A stretch of DNA of 63,954 bases, the filler included, from Reticulomyxa filosa (Eukaryota > Protista > Foraminifera), in NCBI GenBank assembly GCA_000512085.1. It is 21 parts of 21 records of this genome, joined end to end, with 100 filler letters (N's around TTAATTAATTAA, not from the genome) between each part and the next. Parts side by side here need not be neighbours in the genome. Positions count along the whole stretch, not along the records: positions 50,441 to 52,258 come from ASPP01011495.1; positions 52,359 to 55,893 come from ASPP01010208.1; positions 55,994 to 62,651 come from ASPP01018668.1; positions 62,752 to 63,954 come from ASPP01013758.1; 17 more parts are not named here. The stretch is one strand, 5' to 3'. The translations under genes were made by a program, and so were the position numbers. Below, piece by piece: positions 50,441-63,954 of the stretch. Numbering within the stretch: position 1 is the stretch's first letter; every line of letters begins with the position of its first letter. The notes beneath the pieces were generated by a model, which worked only from the letters and a program-made list of their open reading frames with translations, was not told the origin of the DNA and searched no databases.

Positions 50441-50479
<39 letters not shown>

Positions 50480-50554
50480 AAAACAAAATAATAACAACAA
50501 TAAATTACTGGTTAATAATAAACAAAGGACCGTGCATTGCTGCACCCAGCAGTA

Positions 50555-52170
50555 ATGTCCGAATTTGAAAAGCTGAAAGAGTATCAAGACAAATACAATG
50601 AATTGAAGAGAGCAGAGGAAATCAAAGAAGAAGAAAGAAAGGCGAAGGAAGCAGATACACAACACGATGCAGCGGACCTCGCCAGCCACCTTTTCGGTGG
50701 AGATCACGTGTCGCAAAACAGTGAGTCGGAACATGAATCGGATTTAATCGATGTTACTTTTATTGTTGTTGTTGTTGTCGTTGTCTTTCCGCAAATTATA
50801 TGTACGTACACAAATGTCAATGTTCTCAAAACTCGTTTTAAACAAAAAAAAAAAAACCAACTTAAAAAGAACATACAGTTTAAAAAAAATGTCGCATTTC
50901 GTGAATCATTGGACATGGACACAGCAAATGAAAAATTGCATTCCAATGCGAGTAAAGACGATCACATCACACAATCGTTAACAAAATATCAATAGTCTTT
51001 ATATTTCTTTATATAATTTTTTTCGTATACGTACATATGTACATATACATATATATTTATATTTATATATATTTTTATTTTTTTGTATCGTACGACAAAT
51101 ACGCAATGAAATGAGATCACAATAATAATGAAAATAAATAATTCAGGGAGCAACAGCAGGCAATATCAACAACAGACCAGCAATCATTTGGTTATGCAAG
51201 TCGAGGCAGTGTGCACTCGAATGATGAGCTAGAAGACAACCGCAACGAAAATGTAAGACACCAAAAGTCTACGTCGATCTCGCAAACTTTTGAGAAGACC
51301 ACTTCTCCGATCCCGCCCATGCGCCATCAAAAGTCGAAAAGTGAGGGTCAATCTGCTCTTCCAACGACCTCAATCCCTCTTAGTAGTGCTACCCAAACAG
51401 GTGCTTTTTTTTTTTCTTTGCGTTTTTGCGTCGTTAATATAATTTTATTTGTTTGTGCATATATACATATATATATGCAGATCAATTAGAAAGATGTCTA
51501 TATACGTATATGCCGATGTTTTTTGTTCCTTTCTTTTTTTTTTTTTTTTTTTTTTTTTTTTGCAAACGGGGTCATTGCTGCAAAAATATTGGTAAATATT
51601 TGATCAATGTTTTTCTTTTCCTCCAACGAAAGAACAGAACCAGACGAAAAAGAAACGAAGAGTGACAATCGAATACAACGAAGCAACGACAGCATGTGTC
51701 GTTGACAACACTTTCAGCTGCAATCGTTGCGTCACGATTGACAACACAAAGCGAAGACTTGTCAGGAGAAGATGAGTCAAAGGTTGGACATAACAAAGGT
51801 TATTCGACGCAGCTGGGAGTGGGGCCCATGGCCACATGGAATCAGACGCGTGTGCAGTCTGCCCACGAAAGACGTACTCAAAGTGCCATGGGTGTGTCCG
51901 ACTTGCATCGTGAAGTGAATCGCAAAGAGAGTGGACGAAAGGGGAGTCTTGACACGGCGAGTGAGGGAGGGGACGAAGACGACAAAGAAGACATTGTCAC
52001 ACAAGAGGAATTGGATGAAATGTTGCGAGAAAAGCAGATGACTGTCCGACAAAATGCAGATGCCATTCATAAAAATCGATTGGAATTGCAGGCCATTTAC
52101 AGCACTAACTTTGCCCCCGCATGTGCCGTAATACCATTGGGAACGGGAATGATTTTAGCAGGTGGTCCAT
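50555..52170 (+). CDS. Internal exons of a protein of unknown function
   Basis: Charged, low-complexity exons separated by T- and TA-rich introns. Confidence 0.45.
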
Positions 52171-52439
52171 TCATACACTTTTTACATATGGACCACATAT
52201 ATTCATTATTTATTATATATATATATATATAATAAATAATGAATATATGTGCTTTTTANNNNNNNNNNNNNNNNNNNNNNNNNNNNNNNNNNNNNNNNNN
52301 NNTTAATTAATTAANNNNNNNNNNNNNNNNNNNNNNNNNNNNNNNNNNNNNNNNNNNNTTAATCTTTCATTTACTTTAAAAAAATTTTTTGTGGTTGTCT
52401 GAATATGACAAGATTTGTTTTTTAAAATTTAATTCAAGT

Positions 52440-53213
52440 TTACCAACGTGTTAAATTCCTTTGGATTTTTTAACTGCCTGTATTCTCTTTATTAAGGTTT
52501 CACAAATGTTTGTTTCTATTTTTTCCCATTCTGTTTCGAATTAGTTCCAAAGTTCTTCCGGTATTAAATGGTCCTTTTTTTTGAATCCTTGTCTTTACTA
52601 TCCACCAAAGATTTCAATTTGGTTTAAATCAGGAAATTCATTGTTTTTATTTTTTTTAACAATTTCATAATTTGTTCGGATTTATGACATGCTGCATTAT
52701 CTTGCTGGAAAATCCAATCATCTTTATTTTCTAAGCAGAAATTGACTCTCTTTAGCATTTCGTCAGATAAAATTTATATACATATATAGTATTTACTCCA
52801 CCTTCCACCTTGCAAGTGTAACATGTTCTTAATTCTCCAAAACATAGCCAGACTAAAACGCTTCCATCACCAAATTTTGCTATTCTTGCTATGGATTTTC
52901 ATCTAATTGCTGTCAATCAATATTTCGGCAACAAAATAATCAAAATGACAAAAGTTAATATCAAACACCTAAAAAAAAAAGGAAAATCTCAAAAATTGTT
53001 TTAAAAAAGATTGTTAAATTTCATGACTACGAGAAAAACACTATTGTCAACTTTTTTTAAGAAATTTTACCAAAGAATAAAATTTTTGAAAAAATTATAA
53101 AGACTTAACAAAAAACCAAAATGATATTTAAAAACTACACGATTTGTAGATATTTTTTAAAAAATTATGTCTGAATGTTGTTTTTTCGTGAAGAAAATCA
53201 ATCATCTCTATAA
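52440..53213 (-). mobile_element. Tc1/mariner (IS630-Tc1 DDE) transposon relic with one terminal repeat
   Basis: Minus strand reads GDGSVLVWLCFG..DWIFQQDNAACHKS..FPDLNQIE..EELW..EWEKI..AVKKSKG, with stops and frameshifts. Confidence 0.8.
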
Positions 53214-53716
53214 TGTGCAGTTTTAGTTTCAACTTTATTTTGCATTCTACTGTATTTTCTATATGTACGAAATGTTACTTTGTATGCATTCTATATCTAT
53301 CAAATAATTTCTTCGTAAATCAATTGTAATTACATTTTCATGCAATGCTATTTTAATATTTTCTGATTTTGCAAATGTTACATTTGCTACTGTCATATTT
53401 TTAAAACTTTCCACTTCACATCCAAGTTCGATATTGAAATCTCAAAATGAACTTCAGATTGTGAATCCATACAGTAGACATTGACAACTATTAGTTGATG
53501 ATCATATTTGTGTTTTTTTTATTAAAATTACGCTGAATATCTCTTTTTTTTGCTTTGAATCTAAGTTTACTCGTTATTTATGAGATCTGAATGTTTTAAA
53601 AATTTTCTGTTTTACTGGGTGTAGTTGAAGGGCTTTAAGTTTAAAATAGTTTAAAAAACATATACTTTGCTATTATTCCATTGGAATTGCAAACTTAAAA
53701 ACACATTGTCCAAAAA

Positions 53717-55800
<2,084 letters not shown>

Positions 55801-55857
55801 TGGAATGGAATATACAAATAAAAAACAACACCCAATTTCAAAACCCTTTTTGAAAAG

Positions 55858-55893
<36 letters not shown>

Positions 55894-55993
55894 NNNNNNN
55901 NNNNNNNNNNNNNNNNNNNNNNNNNNNNNNNNNNNNNTTAATTAATTAANNNNNNNNNNNNNNNNNNNNNNNNNNNNNNNNNNNNNNNNNNNN

Positions 55994-56029
<36 letters not shown>

Positions 56030-56032
<3 letters not shown>

Positions 56033-57552
56033 AGAAAGAAATGAGGAAAAACTATACAATATAAAGCGAATCGGAGATCCTGAAATATCTCATTTGTTGG
56101 TAAAACGTCGCCATCAAAACGACGAACGGTTGGAGTTTTTGGACAAGCAATATGCTGATCTTATGGCAGCCAGCGAAGTCAACGAAGCCGCACTTATGAA
56201 ATTTCGAGTTCAAAATGGTTGAGATTTGTATTTATTTGTTTGTTTGTTCAAAAAACAAATCATGACATATAAAAAAACACATATACACACGTATGTACAC
56301 ATGCGTGCACGTGCGTGCATAATACATACACATTGAAAGATATTTTGCCACGCTCGGAAGTACTGGGATCAGTAGCGACCGGACAAAGACCAATCGAAAC
56401 ATTGCCATTTCATAAAGCGCCAGTGCCGCTGCCCGGAATAATTATGACACCTGAGTTTGCCAATCGCTTGGGCTTGACCGAGTTGGAAATGGAACAGTGC
56501 TTTGCCAAAGTGGAGCACGAGTTGGAGGGGATTGACGTTGTCGCCGAAGCGCATCACTATCATCACATTGGTTATCAACACCCAATCCATTCCGGGTCAC
56601 ACGGAGATTCCACCGGCGATAGCTCTTCTTCCGAGACAGAACAACAAGCGCATTCTTTATATCCCAGTTTGTATCCATATTTCCAATCAGGTATTTTGTG
56701 AGAGTGTGATTGAAATAAATAATTTTTTTTTAAAAATACAAATGTACATTATACGTATAAGTTATATATGTATATATATATGTATATATGTACATATATA
56801 ATCAAGGACAAAAGAAAAATCGTCGACCAAAGAAAAACAAATGGCGCGAGCAAGCTCAGCAACGCTTCCGTGCATTTGGTCGTGGTGTGGAAAAATCGCT
56901 TTTGAAGTTTAAGATGCAACGCATTGGCTCGAAACGTGGCGATAGACCCCGTGGCAGAAGTAGTGGCAGTGACACGGACGAGGAGAAAGAAAAAGACAGA
57001 AATCAAAACATTAGCTCTCCCACCGATGAAATGGCCGAGTTGCGTGAGCAACCGGCACGAGGACATGGCATTTTGCAACACATTTCCGAAAATGCGGAAA
57101 TGGACGAAAAGTACTCTGGTCCTCTGCCCGGCTCAAGTGATGATGAAGGCAACGAATTGGACACGGATAATGAAACCAATTTTGCCATTCGACATCGTCA
57201 AAATAGCAAACACAAAGACAAGGCTGAAGAAATCGAGCTCGTGCCCGAAAAAGAAGTGCGTCCAAGAAAGATGGACGGGCACACACAAAAGGTCCCTAGT
57301 AACAGTGAGCTATCTGTCGACAGTGAACCAAAGTTCAAAAAGTACGGCCGCTTGTCTTTAAACTTATTGACAAGATATGGCTCCAATAGAGGTGTTTCTC
57401 ATACCGCCAATTATAACAAACATAAAAACCACGACTCTGAATCTCATCATTCTCTCGAAAGTGATGATGAGCAACGTGGTGTGCCTTTAAACACAAGTGA
57501 CGATGATCAACATAGAAGTGCTGGTGATGGGCTCACCGTGGGACACACATAG
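56030..57552 (+). CDS. C-terminal part of a protein of unknown function
   Basis: Coding-like exons (about 56030-56217, 56339-56690, 56806-57552) with GT-AG boundaries. Confidence 0.55.
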
Positions 57553-58064
57553 CATTTTAATGTGCGCTTTTTTAAAGTTGGGAGTTGTTTTTTTTTTTTG
57601 CTTTTACATTGTATGAAGGGACCTGAATATTTGATCTTAAACGGAAAAAAAATTTTTGATGATTGAAACAGTTTTCTTACTTAAAAATTATTAGGAAACC
57701 AAAAAAAAAAAAAAAGAAAAAATATATTATTATAATAACAATAAAAAACTGAAAACACTTTGTTGACTGTGTGAAAAGTTTCTATTTTTTTATTTTTTAT
57801 TTAGTCTTGTTTTTTTTCCTCCTCTCTTTCGTTGAAGGAGCCCAAAGCCTTAATAATATCCAAAATGAACGTAATATTGCATGGTGCTCTGTATTCTGGT
57901 AGAGCTCTTCCATTCGAAATGGGCAAAAACTATAATATTTCTTTTTGATGCTGGCTTATGATATTTTTAGTGTTAGTATTCTTCGGAAAACGTAGTGTTG
58001 TTTTTTTAACGTAAAAATCTCTAATAATTGCCCCTTTCATAGCCTGTGAAATAATCTTTTAACA

Positions 58065-61000
58065 ATGGGAACTTGTTGTTCTTCTCAAGCGCAAGAGCCA
58101 GAAAGGAAGCTAACCCGAAACACCGAAATCAAGCCACATGGTGAACAAAATGGCATATGTTTATTTTTTAGTCACCTTACCACTCGTTTATTCAATAGCA
58201 CGAGCAATAAGGGAGGGGGAAAAAAGGAAATGTTTTGTTATTGAGATTTCAATATTTGTGTTGTGGTGTGAACATTTGAAGTGAAGAGTGATGGCGAGAA
58301 GACCGATAATAGTGAGCTCAATGGTGTCAGTCACACAGGTACAAATGAAGAGCACATCGAACCGAGAATCAGCCACAAACAGATATCGACGATTTGTTGG
58401 ATGCCCCACATGTAAAAAAAAAAAAAAAGAAGCGTGTTTATATACATATGTACATTTTTTTTTTATTATTATTTGTAGTTTTCCAATTTCAAACAAATGA
58501 AAAAAAAAAAAAAAAAAGGGGTCAGATGAATTTGAAAAACATTACAAAAAAAATTTAAAAAAACAGGGAGGAGACCACAATAATGCGACAAAAGAGAACG
58601 CAGACAACACAAACCAAACAAACGAGGCGCAAAATGCAAAGCTGTCGTTGTTGGGAACGAAGCCCGTGACATTGACGAACGAAGGGAGTATGGGTCTTGC
58701 GAATGTGAAATTGATTCCGGCGAGCATCAAGCAGTTTTTGGAACAGACGACCCCGGCGATGAGATCGATATTTTGGCATCACGTAGACGTGAAGCGAAGC
58801 GGCAGAATCAACACTGGAGATGAATTAGTTGCGTTATTTGCACAAGTGATCAAGGCCTATATCGCGTCAGTGTCATCCAAAGAGGCTGTCAATTACTTGG
58901 AGGCTTCCATTGCCAATTTGAGCGAAGATCTGGCCAATGATTATTTGAATGCGCTGGATAATTACAACGAGACAAACATGGACTTTTTAGATAAAAACTC
59001 TTATGACAATCACTTTGTTCAATACACACTTTTTCCGCATCCGATGGAATGGGAACAGCATCAAAGACAAAACAAACAAGTTTAATATCAAGAGAAGATA
59101 GGAGCGCGAGGGAGGGGGCACATTTTTTTTTTTTTTTTCCAGTCTATAAATGTATTCCTTATGTGAAAAAAAAAAAATCACATTACAAATGGATGGACCC
59201 AACTTTTTTTTTTATAAAAAAAAAAAAAAGGATGCCTCACCAGTGTCGTTCTTTGATATGCTTGGATATATTTCCACATCTCCTACAGTAAAGGGACGGC
59301 TGGACCTACAGTTTGATGTGACGTTTTTGGTGCATGAACTGAAGGAAGTATTGGAGGGGTCGTCTTCCTCGCGCGGTGATCGCTTTGCTGACTTGGTTGT
59401 GTCCTTGAACTGCGCGCAGAGAATTGTCTTGCGAAATGCATACAAAGGCTCTCGTGGCCAAACCTTGCAAGATCATCTCAATCAAACTCTGGGAAAAGAT
59501 GAAAGTAGAATTGCCCAATCTTTATTCCGTACCTTTGGAGAGTTATGCTACATATATTTATATGTATACATACACATATATGTATATGTATGTATATAAT
59601 GCATATATGCATATATAATAACAGAAATGATGCATATTGGATTAATGAAGCTCTTAAAACTGGGTCTTATGAGCTGCTGGATGAAACCCTCTTCACCAAG
59701 TTAAATCCTCACATTTGAATGCGATTCGAAGAACACATTGTCTAATATTGCAATGATGTTTATTTGTTTGATTGATTGATTTGTGTGTTCACTCTCGCTC
59801 TCTCTCTCTCTCGCTCCCCTTCACATAGGACAAATAGTGAGATTAGCAAAATGAGGTTTGCTTTCAAGGAAATGTATGACAAGGATGTGATTGAAACAAT
59901 TCTCCAAAATGTAAAGAGATCCGACGACGAGTATCATCGCTTCGTGGAAAATGCGTTGCGTGGAGCACGGGAGGAAGAGGACCCCGACATGGTGGACGAA
60001 AAAGGCGTCTCCAATGACAACGAAGCTCTGAGAAACGCCTTTGCGGACCCAAAGAAAGTCGACATGTCTATCATCATCGACATATTTTCGACTCGAAGCT
60101 GGGGGCATCTTGATCGTGTGTTGGTGGAGTTCAATAAGTTGTCTGCTCTTAATGCGAAAGCAACTATTGAGAAAAGAATTGGTGGGCGTGTTGGCAATGC
60201 TATTCAAATCATTATCGACGTCGCACAACAACGACACGTTTATTGGGCACAAACTGTTAACACTTTTATTTTTATGTCTCAAATAAATCAAAACAAAAAA
60301 CATAGATAAATAAATATATATATACATATATATATATATATTATATATATGTACATATATGCATATATAATATGTATGAAAATGAACCAATTAATAACAT
60401 ACACACAATCGAATAAGATTCGAAAATCGATGAAAACCATGGTGGGTACCAAAGACCATTTGCTGATTCGATGCATTGTAAGTCGCAGTGAAATTGACTT
60501 GAAAGAGATTATTACCACATTCAACAACAAGTTTGGAGAGGGGAAGTCGTTGTCGCAATGGCTGAAAGAAGAGGCCTCTGGCGCTTACCGCAAAATACTG
60601 ATTGGGCTTTGTGGCTTTGACACAAACCAAGAGCAACAGATACAAGAAACCCTCGATGCTGTCACCGACACCAAATTGGAGGATAACAAAAGCTGGGATC
60701 AATACTGGACCACGTCTCCATCTGTTCAACTCAATAGTGAATTTGACGCAACTATAGCAGCGCAAATATTTGCAGACATTGCATTCCGTATGTGCATATA
60801 TCATCATCCCATGTTTACACATATATTAGATATATGTATATATATGTATATGTGTATATGCATATGAATATTATACTGTATAACCTCACACTTGAATTTT
60901 TATTAATATCTTTTTTAGATAACAAAAAATAAAATAAAAATAAAAATAAAACAGAGAAAAAGCCCGATTTGAAAAAATTTAAAAAAGAGTTAGTAAGTGT

Positions 61001-62600
61001 GGTAACATCGATCAACAATCAACAAAGACAAGAGTTGAAACAAAAATTTGAATCGAACGGAAAGAACACAAAGAAAGCCACTTTGGAAGATGTGGTAAGT
61101 CAAATTTTGGGAAAGCGCGGGAAGACCACATTACTGATGGTATCGCTGCTGTCGCCTATAGCATATTATCGTGCTCAAATAATCCGCGAAGGGCTGAAAA
61201 ACTTGCCATTGTTGATTGAGACGATCTGCACTTCGACGAATGCGCAATTGCGAGACACGATGTTGGCCTACGTGACGCACTACAAAGCCGACCTCGTGAG
61301 TGACGTGGACAAAGCCACGAAAGGCAAGAAGAACCTGAATTGGATGCTGAAGGAGATTTTGAAATCACAGCGGCCAGAGGGTTTGCAATTGAATATGACC
61401 GAAGTGAACAAAGATATGAAAGAGTTAAAAGAGGCGAGCGAAAGTAACAAAGCAAATGCCGGTTTCGGGACGTGGGAAAATTTCTTTGTCTCAAGAAGTC
61501 TGAGTCACATTAAAAAAGTTGCCGAAGTTTATGACACCATTTCGGGGCTCACGTTAGATTCAAACAAAACTATTCTGTGTTTTAGTTTGTTTATATTTGT
61601 GGAGAAAGCTATTCTCTTAACATTTGGATATTATTAACAACAACAACAAAATAAATAAATAGGCTGATGTCAACAGCACAAAAAATGCTAGGTAATAATT
61701 CGTATTTGGCGGCAGATATAATATTTCAAATGGCATTTAATCGATTCGGTTTTTTTGCGGAAAAAGTTAAGAGCCCAAAGTATGGTATACGTATAATTAT
61801 AATTATAATTATAATTGTTGTGAGGACATTGGTGTGGCAATGCACCGACTATAAAACAGCTACGTGAGGCAATGAAGGGAATCAAGTATAAAGTCGACGC
61901 GTTGTCGCGTGTGCTGGTCCTGAGGAGTGAAATGGACATGATAGAAGTCCAACAAGACTTTGACAAGAACTTGCAATTTACTAACAACAAAACTCTGCTT
62001 CAATCGCTGACCGACGGATTGACTGGCAGTTTTTTGTCGGCATGTCTGCGCTTAACTGGTTTGCATGCGGCAACCAAAGAGAGCCAAGACAGCAGTGATA
62101 CGGAGTACTCGTCAGTTCGTCGACAGACCACGACGGATACGTATCAAGTAAGTGCTAATAGTATCAACAACGAAACAACCTCTCTTGGAACGGTTACCGA
62201 AGATGAAGAAGATGGCACAAACAGGCCAATGTCGACCACTTCCATCTCACCTTTTCTCGTGCCTGTGTCTCCGCTTAGTGGACCACTGGAAAACGCAGAG
62301 AGCTTTGACATTTCTGCTTCTTCTTCCTTGCCTCCTCAAGCTGATCCCACTGCTACTATAATCACGCCTTCAAGTCTTACTGGCGCTGCTCAAAGTTCCA
62401 GTTTGAAAGGGGTTCGTCACGCTTCCTTTGAACCAGATAAACTGGCTGCGTTCATTAAAACTCGTATTAATGACACCACCGTTAACAAAATTTGGCCTCA
62501 TGTAGATCCTAAGAGCACTGGAGAAATTAAAAAGGAAAATTTGTTGACTTCCTTAGTCTTGGTCTGTGGCTTATTTCAGACTTTCCTTGCTAAAGTTTTG
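58065..62600 (+). CDS. Large annexin with two four-repeat cores, N-terminal acylation motif and EF-hand-like modules (3'-truncated)
   Basis: Starts MGTCCSS. Annexin repeats include IIDIFSTRSWGHL, LIRCIVSRSEIDLKEI..SLSQWLKEEASGAYRKILIGLCG, LIETICTSTNAQL..YKADLVSDV and LSRVLVLRSEMDM. About 10 introns. Confidence 0.88.
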
Positions 62601-63954
62601 TTTTGATCATTGCACCCTTTTTTTTTTTATAATCTGATCCATTATTTCGACNNNNNNNNNNNNNNNNNNNNNNNNNNNNNNNNNNNNNNNNNNNNTTAAT
62701 TAATTAANNNNNNNNNNNNNNNNNNNNNNNNNNNNNNNNNNNNNNNNNNNNTTTTTTTTTTTTTTGAATGCTTTGAAACTTGGTTTGTATGTTTGTTTGT
62801 TTTTTTTCAGATTAGTTTAAGCAAAAATTTTTTGAACAGGCAAACGATACATAAAAAACATTGTATTTGATTTTTAATGAAAATAGCAAAGGATAACTAC
62901 GTAAATATATTGGAGAGTCCTGGAGAAAAGATATTTTGAAAAAATTTAATATGAAGAAAAGATTGCCGAATTTAAGATTGATTAATTTTATGAATATCAT
63001 CAAATATTCATTAATTACTTAAAAAAATAATTAATTAATTAACAAATACTAATTTTTAAAAAAAACAACTACCAAAATTAAACTTAACGATAATTGGCAT
63101 CTCGAAGATATCATATTTTCGAAACTAGTTACAAACAAACATAAACATTGCAAAGTATATGTATATCAATGTAATGAAACCAAAGTATATATGATAATAA
63201 AAGGCAAGCTTTGATGAAAATATATAAACTAAACTTGAGAATGCGGGCGAACTGCGCTTTGACGGCCGTTTGCTCCTTCTGTGTTTGCTATGGCCACTTT
63301 GTCGGGATTGACAGCAAGCGCATTTGCTTGTATCATCCCTCTATTTACAAACAATAGAGACCACTTTATTCGGTTGGAGGGGGGGGGGATGCATTGCATC
63401 CCTAATAGCTACGCTAATATCTTAATGGCACAAGCCATATGGCTGTCCATAGATATATGCGAGCCAGTTGGAGTCGTAATTACAATTGTCCAAATTCTTG
63501 GACAATCTCGTTTTGCAGGACTGGTTGGCATTAACGACTCCTTGTGACCGAATAATAGTGATCTTCGCGTGCAGCAACAACACTCGAGTTGTGAAGGGGA
63601 GCCACGTTTTCTTGGATACGGCGCAGGACAGGAACAGGAGTAGGATCAGGAATTAGATATCACCATTAATAGCAATTCCATTATCCCAGATAACAATAAC
63701 AATAAAAAAAAAAATAAATAAAAAAAAAGGTAATCAAAAAATACACACCACCAAACAAATACTAACAGTGACATATCTTTATCTCCCCAAAAAAAAAAAA
63801 AAAAAAAAGACCCATCACTGAATAAGGAAGGAAAAAAAAAAGGACAATGGGAAAAAAAAATCCATCAAACTAAAGTAGACTACAATAGAGAGATAGTGAT
63901 AGGAAAAAAAAAGCGCATGGAAGGAAAAAGATTACAAAAGGGGAGGAGATGGAT

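Noticed and set aside
58140-58165. Possible GC-AG donor for annexin intron 1
   Set aside because: Two same-phase GT donors nearby fit equally well, so it cannot be resolved without cDNA.
63230-63690. Higher-GC island with an 88-aa plus-strand ORF
   Set aside because: Strand and frame are ambiguous and no domain is recognisable.

Overview
This window is not one contiguous locus. It is a concatenation of 21 short contigs joined by 20 identical 100-nt artificial spacers (N-run, TTAATTAATTAA, N-run), so gene neighbourhoods are meaningful only within a contig. Contig 1 (1-1065) is GC-rich bacterial DNA: a LysR regulator, a convergent Gfo/Idh/MocA oxidoreductase and an intrinsic terminator. The rest is AT-rich, intron-containing eukaryotic DNA with poly-Asn tracts. 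Its WD40/TRAF-like gene family style resembles the foraminiferan Reticulomyxa filosa; this is an inference from recalled family motifs, not a database result. Recognisable content includes a spliced VOC/PhnB-GyrI fusion, a TPR protein, a TPR-SET(LSMT-type) methyltransferase, WD40 genes and relics, a tandem array of 7TM receptors, an ankyrin + RelA/SpoT-like protein, a 2OG-Fe(II) oxygenase, an RRM protein, a LicD-family protein, an ABCC transporter, a Tc1 relic with a related MITE-like element, and an N-acylated eight-repeat annexin with EF-hand-like modules. The most striking items are an uninterrupted CRE-like non-LTR retrotransposon ORF of at least 1802 aa (zinc fingers, RT, restriction-like endonuclease), the ankyrin-RelA/SpoT-like fusion, and splice signals dominated by GTT donors and A-rich acceptors. 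All exon structures were inferred by hand from reading-frame continuity and need RNA-seq confirmation.
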